A DNA stretch of 64,000 bases, taken from NCBI GenBank assembly GCA_050575255.1, contig JBNZDD010013727.1, positions 1,038,570 through 1,102,569 on the forward strand, read 5' to 3'. Below the pieces are notes generated by a model. That model ran no database searches, had not been told where the DNA came from, and saw only the letters and a program-made list of their open reading frames with translations. The DNA comes from Harriotta raleighana (Eukaryota). The stretch's first letter is position 1. Every line of letters starts with the position of its first letter. Made by a program: the position numbers and the translations under genes. Positions 12,641-25,510 of the stretch are shown here, piece by piece.

Positions 12641-13995
12641 AGGAACCGAGGAGCCGAAGGCGTGGTCGAAGAGGAAGGTCTTGAGACCGGCCTTGAAGGA
12701 GGAAAGGGAGGAAGCAAGGTAGAGGGACTGCGGGATGGAGTTCCAAAGTGTGGGGGCAGAGAGGCTGAAAGTCCGGCCACCGATGGTTGGGCGGTTAAGG
12801 CAGTGGACGCAGAGCAGGCCTGAGTCTGCTGAACGGAGAGTATGGGCAGGCTGTTAGGGAGACAGCAGGTTGAGAGATAGGCTGGGGCAAGGCTGTGAGT
12901 GGCCTTGAAGGTGAGGATAAGGATCTTGAATTCGATCCTCTGCGGAATGGTGAGCCAGTGGAGACGGGCAAAGGTGGGAGTGATGTGATCACAAAGCCTG
13001 GTGCAGGAGAGTACGCGAGCTGCAGAATTCTGAATGATCTGCAACCTGTGAAGGGAGGAGTTGGGAAGGCTGACAAGGAGAGAGTTCCCGTACTTGAGCC
13101 TGGAGGTGATAAAGGCATGAATGAGNAGGCAGTGGACGCAGAGCAGGCCTGAGTCTGCTGAACGGAGAGTATGGGCAGGCTGTTAGGGAGACAGCAGGTT
13201 GAGAGATAGATGGGGGCAAGGCTGTGAGTGGCCTTGAAGGTGAGGATAAGGATCTTGATAAGGATCAGCATGGGGGGTGATGTAGTGACGGAGTCTAGCA
13301 ATATTACGGAATTGGAAATTGATACCTGTCAGGAGCGGATATGAGGGAGGAAGGACAGTTTGAGTCAAACAANTGAGCCAGTGGAGACGGGCAAAGGTGG
13401 GAGTGATGTGATCACAAAGCCTGGTGCAGGAGAGTACGCGAGCTGCAGAATTCTGAATGATCTGCAACCTGTGAAGGGAGGAGTTGGGAAGGCTGACAAG
13501 GAGAGAGTTCCCGTACTTGAGCCTGGAGGTGATAAAGGCATGAATGAGAGTTTCGGCAGTGTGGGGGGTGAGGTAGTGACGGAGTCTAGCAATATTACGG
13601 AATTNATGGGGGCAAGGCTGTGAGTGGCCTTGAAGGTGAGGATAAGGATCTTGATAAGGATCAGCATGGGGGGTGATGTAGTGACGGAGTCTAGCAATAT
13701 TACGGAATTGGAAATTGATACCNCTTGAGCCTGGAGGTGATAAAGGCATGAATGAGAGTTTCGGCAGTGTGGGGGGTGAGGTAGTGACGGAGTCTAGCAA
13801 TATTACGGAATTGGAAATTGATACCTGTCAGGAGCGGATATGAGGGAGGAAGGACAGTTTGAGTCAAACAAGACATCCAGATTCCTGACTGGCTTCGAGA
13901 GGTGGAGAGAGCAGCCTTGAATGCTGATGTTGTCAGCGCGTGAGGTGCGGAGGCGCTGACGCAAGCTAATCAGGAGGGGCTCCGTCTTGTTGACA
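12489..13995 (-). mobile_element. Young L2-type LINE 3' region (RT C-terminus), assembled as overlapping pieces
   Basis: Translation FRNIARLRHYLTPHTAETLIHAFITSRLKYGNSLLVSLP...LQIIQNSAARVL...LHWL..RIEFKIL. (TTG)n tail. Ns at 13126, 13373, 13605 and 13723 separate repeated blocks. Confidence 0.9.
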
Positions 13996-14344
13996 AGGCA
14001 CTGGGGTAGATTTAGAAAGAGTGACGCTCACTTAGTAATCCGCTAGAGTTCAGTTAACTGCTTTTGGGAGTTAGGAGTAATTGTACAGAGTATTTGTTTC
14101 CAGATTTGTCCATGTTATTTCTCTCTTTTTTTTCATCTCGCTTGGAGTGCAGTGAATGTCTAGCACTAAGAGAGAAATGTGGTTAGAAATTTGAGTGGGA
14201 GGTGAGATCACGGGCTTTATGGGCCTTTGTTTCTGTTCTTTCCATTCTATTATCTTAAGTATCTTAACATAATATGCACACAACTCTGTACGACCATTTA
14301 AATGTTTGTTTTTACTGAATTTTGACAGCTTTAATCCACAAGTA

Positions 14345-15175
14345 CAGTAAAAGCCCGCGTATCCGGCACTCTCGGGATCTGGCATGTGCCAGTTAAGTGA
14401 ATGTGCCGGATATGTGGGCGGCAGGCTGCTGAAAATCCAACACAAAAAATTAACTTTTTTTTAAACATACCATATTAATAATAGACGAAATAATAACAGA
14501 ATATTGTATTGATACTTATCAATAAAGCAATAAATATTGATTACAGTGTATAAACACAGCATCACAAAGCCAACTCCTACAACGGCGGACGGAAGAGTTT
14601 TTTCCTCTTAAAATGGTACTGTTGTTTTTCCTCTTTTTTTCTTTCTTTCTCTCCCCGCTTCCCTCTCTCTCTTTCACACACACTCAGTCAGTCAGTCTCA
14701 ATGGTTCCAAACCCAACCCGCCTCCATTCCTCTCACTTTCCATCGAAATTAATCAACTCACCCTCCTCTCTCTCTCCCCTCCTCTCCCCCCCTCCCACTC
14801 CTCTCTCTTTCTCCCCCCCTCTTTCCCTCTTTCACCCCACACTTTCTCTCCCTGCCTCTCTCTCCTTCTCCCACTCCCCACCCCAAAAAATGCTCAGAAA
14901 GTAAAGGGAAAAGATAGAAAGAGAGAGGGAGAAAAAAAGCAGAGACAGAGAGGAAAAACTGACAGTGCCGCTTTAAGAGGACCAACCAGCAATGCGACTT
15001 TAAGACAGTACTGGCAGCATTCAGAACTGCTCGTACTGTACTCTCGTGAGACAACTGAATGCACCAGCAAGAGTGTGCCGGATGGCTCTGGTTGCTTAAA
15101 TGAGGAATTTTATGGGGAGCGTCGAATGGTTGGGCGTTCTGGTTGTCTGGGTGCCGCATAAACGGGCTTTTACTG
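14345..15175. mobile_element. Tc1/mariner (pogo/Tigger-like) MITE, family A
   Basis: TIRs CAGTAAAAGCCCG...CGGGCTTTTACTG, TA flanks, CT-rich interior. Confidence 0.85.
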
Positions 15176-15631
15176 TACTGTGTTCTAATCTCAGCTCAAC
15201 ATTATGGATTAAGCCTTGCTATGTTGAATTTCCTTCATTTTTTGATAGAACTCGGTTACATATAATGACGGAGTTTGATATACGTTGATAGGTTTCATAT
15301 TCCACATAGTTTATTTTTTTGAAATCAAAAACTGCAATAATACCTTTATAGAGGCCTTCAGATAGACACTAAACAAAGGAGGAGGGGAGGGTAGGAGGGA
15401 GACATGGTCAAAGCAGTATATGTTTTTAAGGAGCTTTAACGACAGAGAGAGCAAAACAGAGGATAGAGGGACAAAGGTTTGGGCTTAGTTGGGGCTATTG
15501 ATGGTGGGGTGGCCAAAATAGGACCAAGGTCCATTTAGCTCTTTTTCTACCTTCCTGGTCATGTGGACGTATGTCCCGAACAACCTATGTACTATATCCC
15601 ATAATGTTATTTCCTAAAAGAAAACTAGATA

Positions 15632-16154
15632 CAGTAAAAGCCTGTTTATCCGGCACCCACGGGACCTGGACAAAGTTTTTAACTCCAAAAAAAAAGCAGA
15701 CCAAAAAGTCACTCTTGAGATAACGGAAAATTTGAAAGAACGCCACCACCCAATCCCCGAGGGTGGCGTTCTTCTGAAAGTTTACTGTACTGTTAATAAC
15801 AGAATATTGTATGGCTACTTTATTGTAAATCTTGTACACTACTATATAAATAATAGACTAAATACACTAATAACAGATACTATAATAACAGAATATTGTA
15901 TTAGTACTTTATTATTTATACTCACTTCTGCAATGGCCGTCACAGGAGGAAAATAAAATGGCAGCGTGTCTTCAGGCTTGACTAGCAGCCAGCCGATACA
16001 CCTGTACAGTACTCGCGTGCGACAATCGATTCATTAAATGCGTCGTTGCTATTCTGCCGGATAACTTCGGTTTATCGAATCGGAAGTTTCTTTTGAGGTA
16101 CCACTTCAACGAGTTTTCTGATTCATCGAGTCACTAATAAACAAGCTTTTACTG
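15632..16154. mobile_element. Tc1/mariner (pogo/Tigger-like) MITE, family A
   Basis: TIRs CAGTAAAAGC..GTTTAT / ATAAACAAGCTTTTACTG, TA flanks. Confidence 0.85.
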
Positions 16155-16736
16155 TACTGTCATCTGTGTTTGAAGGAATCAACATTTCCTGCTTCAAAGT
16201 CTCCCTGGGGAGGCTGTTCCACAACTTTACTCTTGGCTAAGAGAAGGTGACAGCTTGTGTTTCAGGACTATTTTAATTGACTTGATTCCTAAGACTTTCA
16301 TATATTTAGAGTTAGAAATCAATTTAGTCTTCAACATTACTGCGCTTTGCCTACATTGTTCATTTCTGAAACACTGATTGTCCAGTGCCTTGGGGCATCC
16401 TCCCAACATGAAAGGTACTAACAAATGTAATTTTATTGTTGTTGATGGCAGATTGGAAAATAACTTTTTAATCGCATGAATTTAAGCAAAATGCACATTT
16501 AAGCTAGCAACAGACAAAGCTATCAGTGCCATCAGCCTAGTACACATTATCCTATTCATCATCATTGAAATACTGTCAACTGCTTTTCCAAGTCAGGATC
16601 ATGTTGCTTAAAAATATTAAAACTGTTTTGTGGAGTAAAGTAATCTGCTAATTATTCTTCAATTTTGTCAATATCAACTCTAAATGTTGCTCTTAATTCA
16701 CCACCTGTAAATGATCGCTCATTTCCGTAAACTTAC

Positions 16737-16937
16737 CCTTCCTGCGTAGTGCATGATAGTGAAGGTTGAGCCTTGATCTTTTGATGGAATGTTTCCATTT
16801 CCATCTTTTGCAGACATATACACAGTATTGCTGTGAGCTGTTTCCAAGTGAGACTGCAGCCGTTTGCTGAGGTTTTGTTCTGTCAATCGAAATGTCTGGC
16901 TTTCTTCATCCAGCATCGATAGCAACCCAGCAGGTTT
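16737..16937 (-). CDS. MYO16: MYO16 exon, 201 nt ([14 protein letters not shown]...KDGNGN...FTIMHYAGR)
   Basis: LLSMLDEE and F.I.HYAG motifs plus the MYO16-type KDGNGN insert. Boundaries tttcag| and AGG|gtaagt. Confidence 0.96.
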
Positions 16938-17472
16938 CTGAAACAATAACATGGCATCTTGTATGAATTAGAAACCCAAGCAGCCTCTAATGGGTAATAA
17001 TCGCTTTGCTGGTTTAAAAGAAGCTAAATTTAAACTATTAAAATGGCAACATTTATAGTTCCCATAAACTGAAATGTCTGTGATGATAATTTCTCTATCA
17101 CAAAACAGTTGGACGTTTCAAACAGTTGCAAAATATCTAATTAAATCTGCTAACACATATATACTTAGTGGCTGTTAGGAATAGCTACAAATACTTTAAT
17201 CCTAATTGTGTTTAAAGAACGCTTTAGTTTAGCAATAAACTGCACAAGCTTATTTGCTAATATACTTTTTAACATCTGGATTCCACTTGTGAAAGAATAC
17301 AATGGTTTTGATGCTCGTGGCAATGCATAGACCCATCAAATACCACTAACTTACATTCCCCCCTATTGTTTAATAATAAAAAACATTTAAATATTCAAAT
17401 GCTGTTAAACATATGAAAATATATTCTTGCTTTCCAGCACAAAATATAAGTTTGGGTGTAGGAAAAGACCAG

Positions 17473-17616
17473 AACGAGACATCCCACTGTTTGCATAGCA
17501 TCTCAGACATCTGTTTAGGCCAAAGTGAAATTCCCCCCAAATGCAACGAGACATCCCACTGTTTGCATAGCATCTCAGACATCTGTTTAGGCCAAAGTGA
17601 AATTCCCCCCAAATGC
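17473..17616. repeat. Perfect 72-bp tandem duplication
   Basis: 17473-17544 equals 17545-17616, with no N at the junction. Confidence 0.9.
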
Positions 17617-18244
17617 TCAACATGAGTGGAATGATTGTTCAGTATTAAATATATATTTTGTGCATTAATATATTATGTACACAATGTACATTGCAGACAT
17701 TCATGAGTACTACCAAAGGTAAACTACAATCAAGAACTGCGGTTTACAAGGAAGGGAGCTCAGCCATAAACTATGAAAAGCAAGACCGAGGAGCACATGT
17801 TTCCTTTAGAAACTCTGGATTGTATTGTGCCCTTGAAAATGCAGATATTCCATAGTCTTTGAAGGTTTCTTATATTGTTTCAGTTTTAACATGAAAGGTG
17901 TTTCAGCACAGATTGCATAACCCACTTATGACTGTTTATTTTTTTTCAACTTATACTGTGGACAAATACATGCCTCTAACATAAATCTGTCATCGGTCTC
18001 TCTCATTCTTTCTTTCCCATCAGCTGTTTTTTTCTCACTCTCTGCTTGAGGTTTATATGGATTCCAGAATTGTACAGAGCAAAATATCCCCCACACAGTA
18101 ACAAAGTGAGTGAACATTGGTTTTTTTCCAGGGGTGGGGGCGGGGAGGTGGGGTTGGAGATTATTATGGATAATCTTATGATGGATAATAATTATTATTA
18201 TCTTATTATAATTATTATGGATAATGTCCATGTGAACAGACAGA

Positions 18245-18405
18245 TGGAGCCTTGACATAGGGTCTAATCCAAAAGATGGCACCTGTAAGAATCCAGCACT
18301 GCATTGGAATGTCATTTTAGACCAGATGAGATTCAAGTCCTAAGGTGGGGTTTGAATCCACAACTTCTTATTCATATGCAAAAGTGATACCAACCAAGCC
18401 ACACA
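18245..18405 (-). mobile_element. Old tRNA-derived (SacSINE1/Deu-like) SINE 5' fragment
   Basis: Reverse complement begins tgtggcttggttggtatcac...gtggattcaaaccccac (A/B-box-like), similar to 30735-31075. Confidence 0.55.
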
Positions 18406-19334
18406 GTAGGGTTAACAACTTATTTTTTGAAACAAATTAGAAGGAAAATGTATGTGTTCAATACAATTCAACATTTCTAATTAACATCGAAAAGTTAAAG
18501 TAAAACAAAACCACCCAGAATTGAATCAGTACCAACATCTACCCCTGTACAAAATGAAGCCATTCTATTGTCCTTATTGCCATGCTGACCAAATCTGGTC
18601 AATAAACACATATGTGCAGAGAAAAATAGCTGCCAAAAACAAATAACAGCAACTTGCATTATATAACATCTTTCACAAACAATGAATCTTGGGGTGGTGT
18701 ACAAGAAAGGGTCTCGTGCTGAGCCAAAAAGAAGGGAAAGGGGTAGTGGGACATAATATTAGATTTGGTTGAAGAGGTCATAAATGATCAATGGAAATAT
18801 GATAAATGAGATTCTATTGCAAGATGTTTATTGAAGATTAATCAAACAATATTCAGAAAGGAGAAGAATGATCCATAAGTAATTCATCTTAAAGATAAGG
18901 TTGAATGATGTAAGNGATTAATCAAACAATATTCAGAAAGGAGAATGATCCATAAGTAATTCATCTTAAAGATAAGGTTGAATGATGTAAGGCAGGCTAG
19001 CATGACTTTTGGTTACAATGATCATCTCTTTACTGTGAAATCAGCAAAGTGCAGATTGTCACAGTAATTATTTGAATTAACCACACAAATAAGCTTTCCC
19101 TGATATGAATGATATGCTTTGTTATCAATTAATGGGCATTAAACCAGATTTTCTGTACTCTTGCAGCAAGACACTGAATGCAGTTGAATTCATGTATGCC
19201 ATATACAAGAAACTCGTTCAGAATTTCCTAAGTTATTCTGGGCTGGTGGTGGCTTCTGGTGGTGTTGAGGGGGAATACACTGAGTCTTTGTTCAAACTGC
19301 AAAAACAACTTGGATTTATGTAGCAACTTTCATA

Positions 19335-20130
19335 TATCAACAAGATTGAGTCCTCCTGATTGGTTCCCATCAAGTCTCCGCACTCAGGCACTAAAAATAT
19401 TACCATCGATGGATGCACACTCCATCTCACTAAGCCAGTCCAGAACCTTGGCACCTTGTTCAACACTCAACTATCGTTTTTGTCCCACATCCGTGCCATG
19501 ACATGTCTTTCCTCGACTCCATAATATTGCCCAGCTCCATCACTGTCTCACACCAGAGGCCACGAAAACTCTCACACATGCATTCATAACATCCAGACTT
19601 CATTAAGCAAACTCCTTGTTGGCCTCCCCAACTCCTCCGTCTACAGATCATCCAGAACTCTACAGCCCTTGTTATATTCCGCACTAGGCTTTGTAACCCC
19701 ATCAACTCCACCGGCTTCCCATCACATAGAGGTTATAGTTCAATATCCTGGTCCTCACCTTTAAATCCTTCCATGGCCTTGCTCTCCCTGATCACTCTAA
19801 TCTCCTAATCCCTACTAAACTGTCCACTCCCTCCACTCATCGGGCACCGGCTTGCTTCATATAACATTTGCAGGCGGGCCTTCCTCTACTCTGCCCCTAC
19901 GCTCTGGAGCTCATCCCATAGTAGTCCCTCTCTTCATCCCTTGTCTCCTTCAAGACCCACCCCAAGAACCTCCCTTGGACCGTGCTTTCCATCAGCCTCC
20001 CTTCCCCCCTGCCCTCCACCTTTCCGAATCCCGAACCCCATCTTGGATACAAAATACTGTCTGTCCACCCCTTGGGATGTCCTTCCAACATGAAAGGCGC
20101 TATACAAATGTAATTTTGTTGTTGTTTTTG
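19335..20130 (+). mobile_element. Degenerate L2-type LINE 3' fragment
   Basis: Homologous to the 12.5-14 kb L2. Ends cttgggatgtc...gaaaggcgctatacaaatgtaattttgttgttg. Confidence 0.8.
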
Positions 20131-21130
20131 GTCGCATCTCGGAGCACTGAAACTACTAATTTTCAAAAGCAGCTATTTTGAAGATCTTTGTTTGGAGTCA
20201 TTTGGGCACTAATGCCAACCATTGTGGTACCAATGCTCCTGAACTTTAGTGGGGCAGAATCTCTTCTAATATCCAATGGTAACCACCCATGTTGATTCTG
20301 TAGATGTCTATTTACTCCAGTTTTGCTGGTGTTCTACTCAACTATCAGACCCCTGATGATTGAAGCTGTTTTCTTGCAACCAACTGTTCCAATGCTCCAA
20401 ACAACAGCTCTTCCCTTAGCAACCAGCTACTGATAATCACGTCCAGTGACATTTTAAATAACCATCTTTCCATCGAAGATGCAGGGGATAATCAGGCAGT
20501 GAGGAGTGAAGCAATGGAAAACATGACTGTTTTTGGCAGAGGACGACAGAAACAGCCGTTCTCCACCTTCTTGAAATGCAAACTACAACTTGTCATGTAC
20601 AAGATACCAACTGACCAAAAGAATAAATGATCTCAACTGACTACCTTGGCTCCTGGCTGCTGTCTCTTCAAATTCAGTCACCAGCTACTTCACAAATTTC
20701 AGACTTCACAGAAATTCAGACATAAGTTTTAACAGTTGTTTCCAATAATAAAGGAAGCGTTGCACATTCACAGTACAATATATTGATAAATACTATGATT
20801 TGTGGCTGCTACTAGTGACAATGTTGTTCTAAGGCTACCATTATATTTATTCCTCACATGTTGTGATTATTTTCTGTGGAATTTATACCTCTGTGTATTT
20901 GCTTAACATTCACACACTTGGCTATACTTTGTAATCAATGTAGAGAATGGTATTACAGTAATAGTATTATCTAAGGGAGTTGCTGGCTTTCGGTGTCCGG
21001 AGTATCAACGTTCTACAGAGCTACTGGACATCAGATTGACAAGCTGGTATGGTCTTGTGATGCAATTTTAGCATCATTATTTCAGCAGCGAACCAACAGA
21101 AATAAAAATTGTAAACTGATATTTACAATT

Positions 21131-21416
21131 AGTCCTGTAGCTCAGTGGTTAGAACACTTGGAATTGGGTTCAATTCCAGGCAAGGCGAATCCTTGGGCAA
21201 GTTCCCTTGCTCCACATGCCTACTAATAATCCCTCAAAAAAAACTGGTCACTTCAATCCACGACTGTTTGTGGGACACTGCTGTGCGCAATTGGCTGCTG
21301 CATTTTCGTCCACAAATATACAATCAATTCACTTTATAGTATATTCTGTGAAGCGCTTTGAGACTCTAGAAGACATGAAAAGCGCTATATCAAAAGCAAG
21401 GTTTATTATTATTACT
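21131..21416 (+). mobile_element. tRNA-Deu-L2 SINE
   Basis: tRNA-like head (gtagctcagtggttaga...ggttcaattcc), Deu-like core tgtttgtgggacactgctgtgcgcaattggctgc, L2-like tail with (TTA)n. Confidence 0.85.
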
Positions 21417-24185
21417 ACCCTTTCGATCTCTGGCTACTGAAATTTCTGGCCAGGTATGCCATCCAAAATCTGATTTATACTAAAGTAAATGTTCAAGTCT
21501 TGAGATAAAATTGTACTTATAAGCTGTGTTGTGGAATACGAATTTCACAAATATCATCTTGAATTCTTCTCAAATGTTAAAACTTAACAAGGAGAATATA
21601 GAATACATCCCGAACACACAAAATTCTCGCAAAGAGGCAGGTTATATTAGTACGGTTTCTTTTTGACCTGGCAAAGGAAAAGCTTCTTTCCAATAGCTTA
21701 TTACTTCCTGACAAAATGCATTGAGTATGACAAAGGTTATAATTGCTCCTTTATTTGTAAATGTAGGTGAAGGGACAGACTATTTTCTTCCTGGTATTTT
21801 TAGTACCAAGAATAATCATGTGTACACTCACTCTGTACATTCATCTTAATGACAACTACATTCTGTCAGCTGAATCTTTAATAAATTTGTCATTAGCAGG
21901 ATTTATATGTGGCATTTAATATCATCATTCCATGCTGATCTGTACAGTTATATGCATATATATTGCAGACAAAATATGAATTATTGATGAAAATCTAAAA
22001 ACGAAAGACTGGGTAGCACAGCATGTTAGTGCACGATAGTTTCATCTTGGAAGCAGGGTTCAATTAAGACCAGGCTACTGGCATTAAAAATATTGTCTTC
22101 TTGCAGCCATTGCACAAATTGTGTATCACTCTGGCGAGAAAAAAAAGGACAAAGTCTTCCTTCAAGCTCCCAGGTTGGCGGCTGCCTATAGCTGACAGCA
22201 AATTCACAACGTTGGTAAAAATGTCTGTAGTAGTTTTACACTTAGTTGGATGGACGTACTAGGGTCCTTTGTGGTAGATTTAGGGGTGTAGCATGTGAAT
22301 TATACTCAAAGCCTTTATATAACAAGCTGGTATGGAGAGAGATCACACCTACAACAGCAGAAGGTTGCGATGTCAGAAGCAGCCATAATGTTCCATTAAT
22401 TGGCTCCTCGGTGAGAGGAGTTTCAGAAGCAACTGCTAGCACCATTGCTTGAGGATGACTCTAGGAAAGAGTCTGAGTCAGAGGGAAAGAATGAAAATCA
22501 GCTTGGTACTGAAGCCTATATAGAACAGCTGCTCTAGACTGGAGACTGCAAATTGAGTTTAGGGATAATATGTTAAATAAAGAGCATAACCCCTTAAACT
22601 ATGTAGAATAAGACAAATATGTTAACAAAATAACAATGACTCACATTTATACAGCACCATTCACATTTAAAAAGTCTTAAAGCGCATTCCTGTGGACAGA
22701 GTTGGACAAACAGGAAGAGAGAAGGGAGGTCATTGTAAGTGTGTTTGAAGAGCAGTGTTTTTAAGTGGGATTTAAAGGCAGAGAAAGGGTGAGGTAGAGG
22801 GGTAGAAGGAGGATAAGTGGGGATCTAATTACTGAAGGTTGGGCCACTGAAGGTGGGATGGAGGGCAAAGGGGATATAGAGCATGTCAGAATTTCTTGAG
22901 TGAAAGGGATGAGTGGAAGAGTTGAGAAGCAGATCAAAGAGCAAGGATTTGATAAGGTATTTATAGTGTGGGTGCAAACCTTGAAATCAATTTGTTAAGA
23001 GCCCCAAAGCCTGTGTAGACTCACAAAACTGGACTGCTAGCTTGAGGATGGTGGAAATAGAGAGAGATAAGTGAGGATTCGCCAATAAATACAGTCATTT
23101 TTTCCTGCTCTCCTTCCCACTATCCCGAGCACGCCCCTTGCCATCTTTCCCCCTTTCTCCTCTAACTCCACTTCCATGACTGTTTGTGGGACACTGCTGT
23201 GCACTATTTGGCTGCTGCGTTTCCCCTACAAATATACAGTCAATTTTCCTACTTTATTTCCCCCGACCCCTCCCCCCTGCTCTGATCCCTACTTGACTGT
23301 TCAGCGCCTTGGGACATCCTCCCGACATGAAAAGTGCTATTCAAATGTAATTATTGATTGATTGATTCCATATGAGAAATCGTTGGGTGTAACAAAAATT
23401 GTGAATAAAGGATTTGGTGGTGTTTTGTGTGATGTAAGGATGAAACGGGGCAATGCGCTGAAAGTAAAGGTAAAAAAGCTTTGGTCAAGGACTTGAATAT
23501 GAGACACAACTATAGTAAAATTTGTATAGTGAATGTGTGTAGTCTAAAAGAAAGATAGGCATCAGCTTTCAGAAGGAAAGAAAATACTACAAAAATATAT
23601 TAAACGTTTCATAAAATCATTTTTGAATCTCAGAATTACCTCCAATATAATTCATTTTGAAACCCAAGAAGTTATGTTTCCCAAAAAATAATGAACGAGT
23701 AGCATATAAAGATTATAAAGCAATCTCAAAAGTTGGTGTTTTTAATGTCAAGCAAAGTAATAGGAGTAATTTCTGTAAATTATATTTGTATTTTGTTCCT
23801 CCCATTTTACTGAGGGATGCCCTTTGTCTCTTCAGTAATGCCAAACCTCACAGAGAGGATTACCTCACAACTGTGCAACAGATTGCTACCAAATGCTTTA
23901 GGGATGCTATTGACATTAAAATGACAGATGACTGATAATCTGTCCCGTCGGGAGATTTCACCCAGCTTTACTGCAACTTACTGTTCTTTCCAAAAACAAA
24001 AGCAAAGAACAGTACAACACAGAAACACAACGTAGAGTACAGTATATGAAAATTCAATGGGGGACAAATAAATCATAGTTTTCACTCTAATTCAATGAAA
24101 GAAACCTAAGAACGAATCAACATGAAGACCAAAATGTAGCCCATGAGCCCATGTATCAGGTCCAAAATTTTAGGCTTCTTCAATG

Positions 24186-24302
24186 AGTAATAATAATAAT
24201 CCTTGCATTTGATATAGCGCTTTTCACATCTTATCGACGTCCTAAAGCGCTTCACAGAATATACTGTAAAGTGAATTGACTGTATATTTGTAGACTGTAT
24301 AT
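24186..24302 (-). mobile_element. tRNA-Deu-L2 SINE 3' tail
   Basis: Reverse complement of the 35730-35830 SINE tail. Confidence 0.8.
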
Positions 24303-24411
24303 TTCCTGACCATCTGTGACCAGGGCTCCCTCTGCCTCCTCGTCCTCCTCGACCTTTCGGCCGCATTCGATACGGTCGACCACTCTATCCTCCTGCACCG
24401 CCTGTCCTCCC
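24303..24411 (+). mobile_element. Intact L2 reverse-transcriptase fragment cut off by an assembly N
   Basis: Translation FLTICDQGSLCLLVLLDLSAAFDTVDHSILLHRLSS. CpG-rich. Ends at N24412. Confidence 0.85.
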
Positions 24412-24859
24412 NAGCACAGCAACTGGAAGAGGAAAAGCTTCTCAGGCAGTGCACTCAATGGAATGCTAAGCAATTTATCTGATTAAACTCCAGCAGTACT
24501 TAACACACACTCAAGAGTCCCCAAGCCTTGAATCTTTCCAACATGCACCTAATACTTTCCAGAATTAGTTGAGCAGTACATATACCTACAAGCAGAGAGT
24601 GCACATTTCATCCATTTAAAACAAAGAATCTCTGGAATTTTGATGTATTGGTAGGATGCAAGGAACTCTGTTTGTTTGGATACTTTTGAGCATGGTGAAA
24701 GAGTTCCATATGTGTCACTTTAATCTAGCACCATTCATGTCAAGAGATCATCACAGGAAGCCTTGAAGCTTCGTAGGAGATATTGTAAAATGAAGTGACT
24801 GCTTGTTCTAGAGCAAAAATGGCACATCAATGTCCTACAAACAGCCATGAAGTGAATAA

Positions 24860-25120
24860 CACCAACAACACAATTACATTTGTACAGCGCCTTTAACATC
24901 CAGAGGACGTCCCCAGGCCCTGGGCAGTTACTGCTTCACACCTGAGCTGAGGTTAATGGTGGTTGAGTGGGGGGGGGGTGGGTAAGGGGGGGATAAAGAA
25001 CTGCCGATGGGTCCATTTAAGAGGAGAATCTTGAGGCGAGACTTGAAGGAGGCCAGTGAGGGGGCGAGACAGAGGGACTTCAGGATGGAGTTCCAGAAGT
25101 TGGGGGCAGAGTGGCTAAAT
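24860..25120 (-). mobile_element. L2-type LINE 3' fragment
   Basis: Tail plus gacttgaaggagg...ggatggagttccaga segment shared with other copies. Confidence 0.75.
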
Positions 25121-25269
25121 TGGGAGACGAAGAACAGACAAAATAAATCAATGTAATGATGGACAGAAAGTAACCTTCCTGCTATTTTATTTTAAAAGCC
25201 AAGATAGAGGGATAAATGTATCTTCCAGTTTGCAAATGCCATTTTGAAAGTTTTGTTGCAATTCTACCT

Positions 25270-25510
25270 TTTGTTTCACAACATTAACACCTTTTCCACC
25301 TCTTTTCTCCTGCCCTTTACCCATTTTTTTTACTTTGTCTTCCTTGCCCTGCCTCTCTCTCTCTCTCTGTTAATCCTTAAAAGCCTCTCCCTTCCAATAT
25401 GCCCCAGTTCTGACGAAGGATCGTGGACCCGAAACATTGACTCACTTTTCCTTTATCCTTAGATGCTCCTGACCTGCTGAGTGTTCCTGACGATTTCTGT
25501 GTTTTACTTC
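25270..25510 (+). mobile_element. Penelope-like retroelement terminal fragment with degenerate hammerhead motif (25406-25442)
   Basis: agtt-CTGACGA-a-ggatc-gtg-gaccc-GAAAC-att-gact followed by agatgct..gacctgctgagt...tttctgt, a pattern I recall from shark Penelope-type repeats. Confidence 0.6.

Noticed and set aside
12780-13875. Array of repeated RT-coding blocks suggesting a rearranged multi-ORF element
   Set aside because: The blocks are overlapping pieces of one L2 region separated by single Ns, so the structure cannot be trusted.
20180-20740. Possible hAT dimerisation-domain remnant
   Set aside because: The similarity is too weak and frameshifted to support without a profile search.
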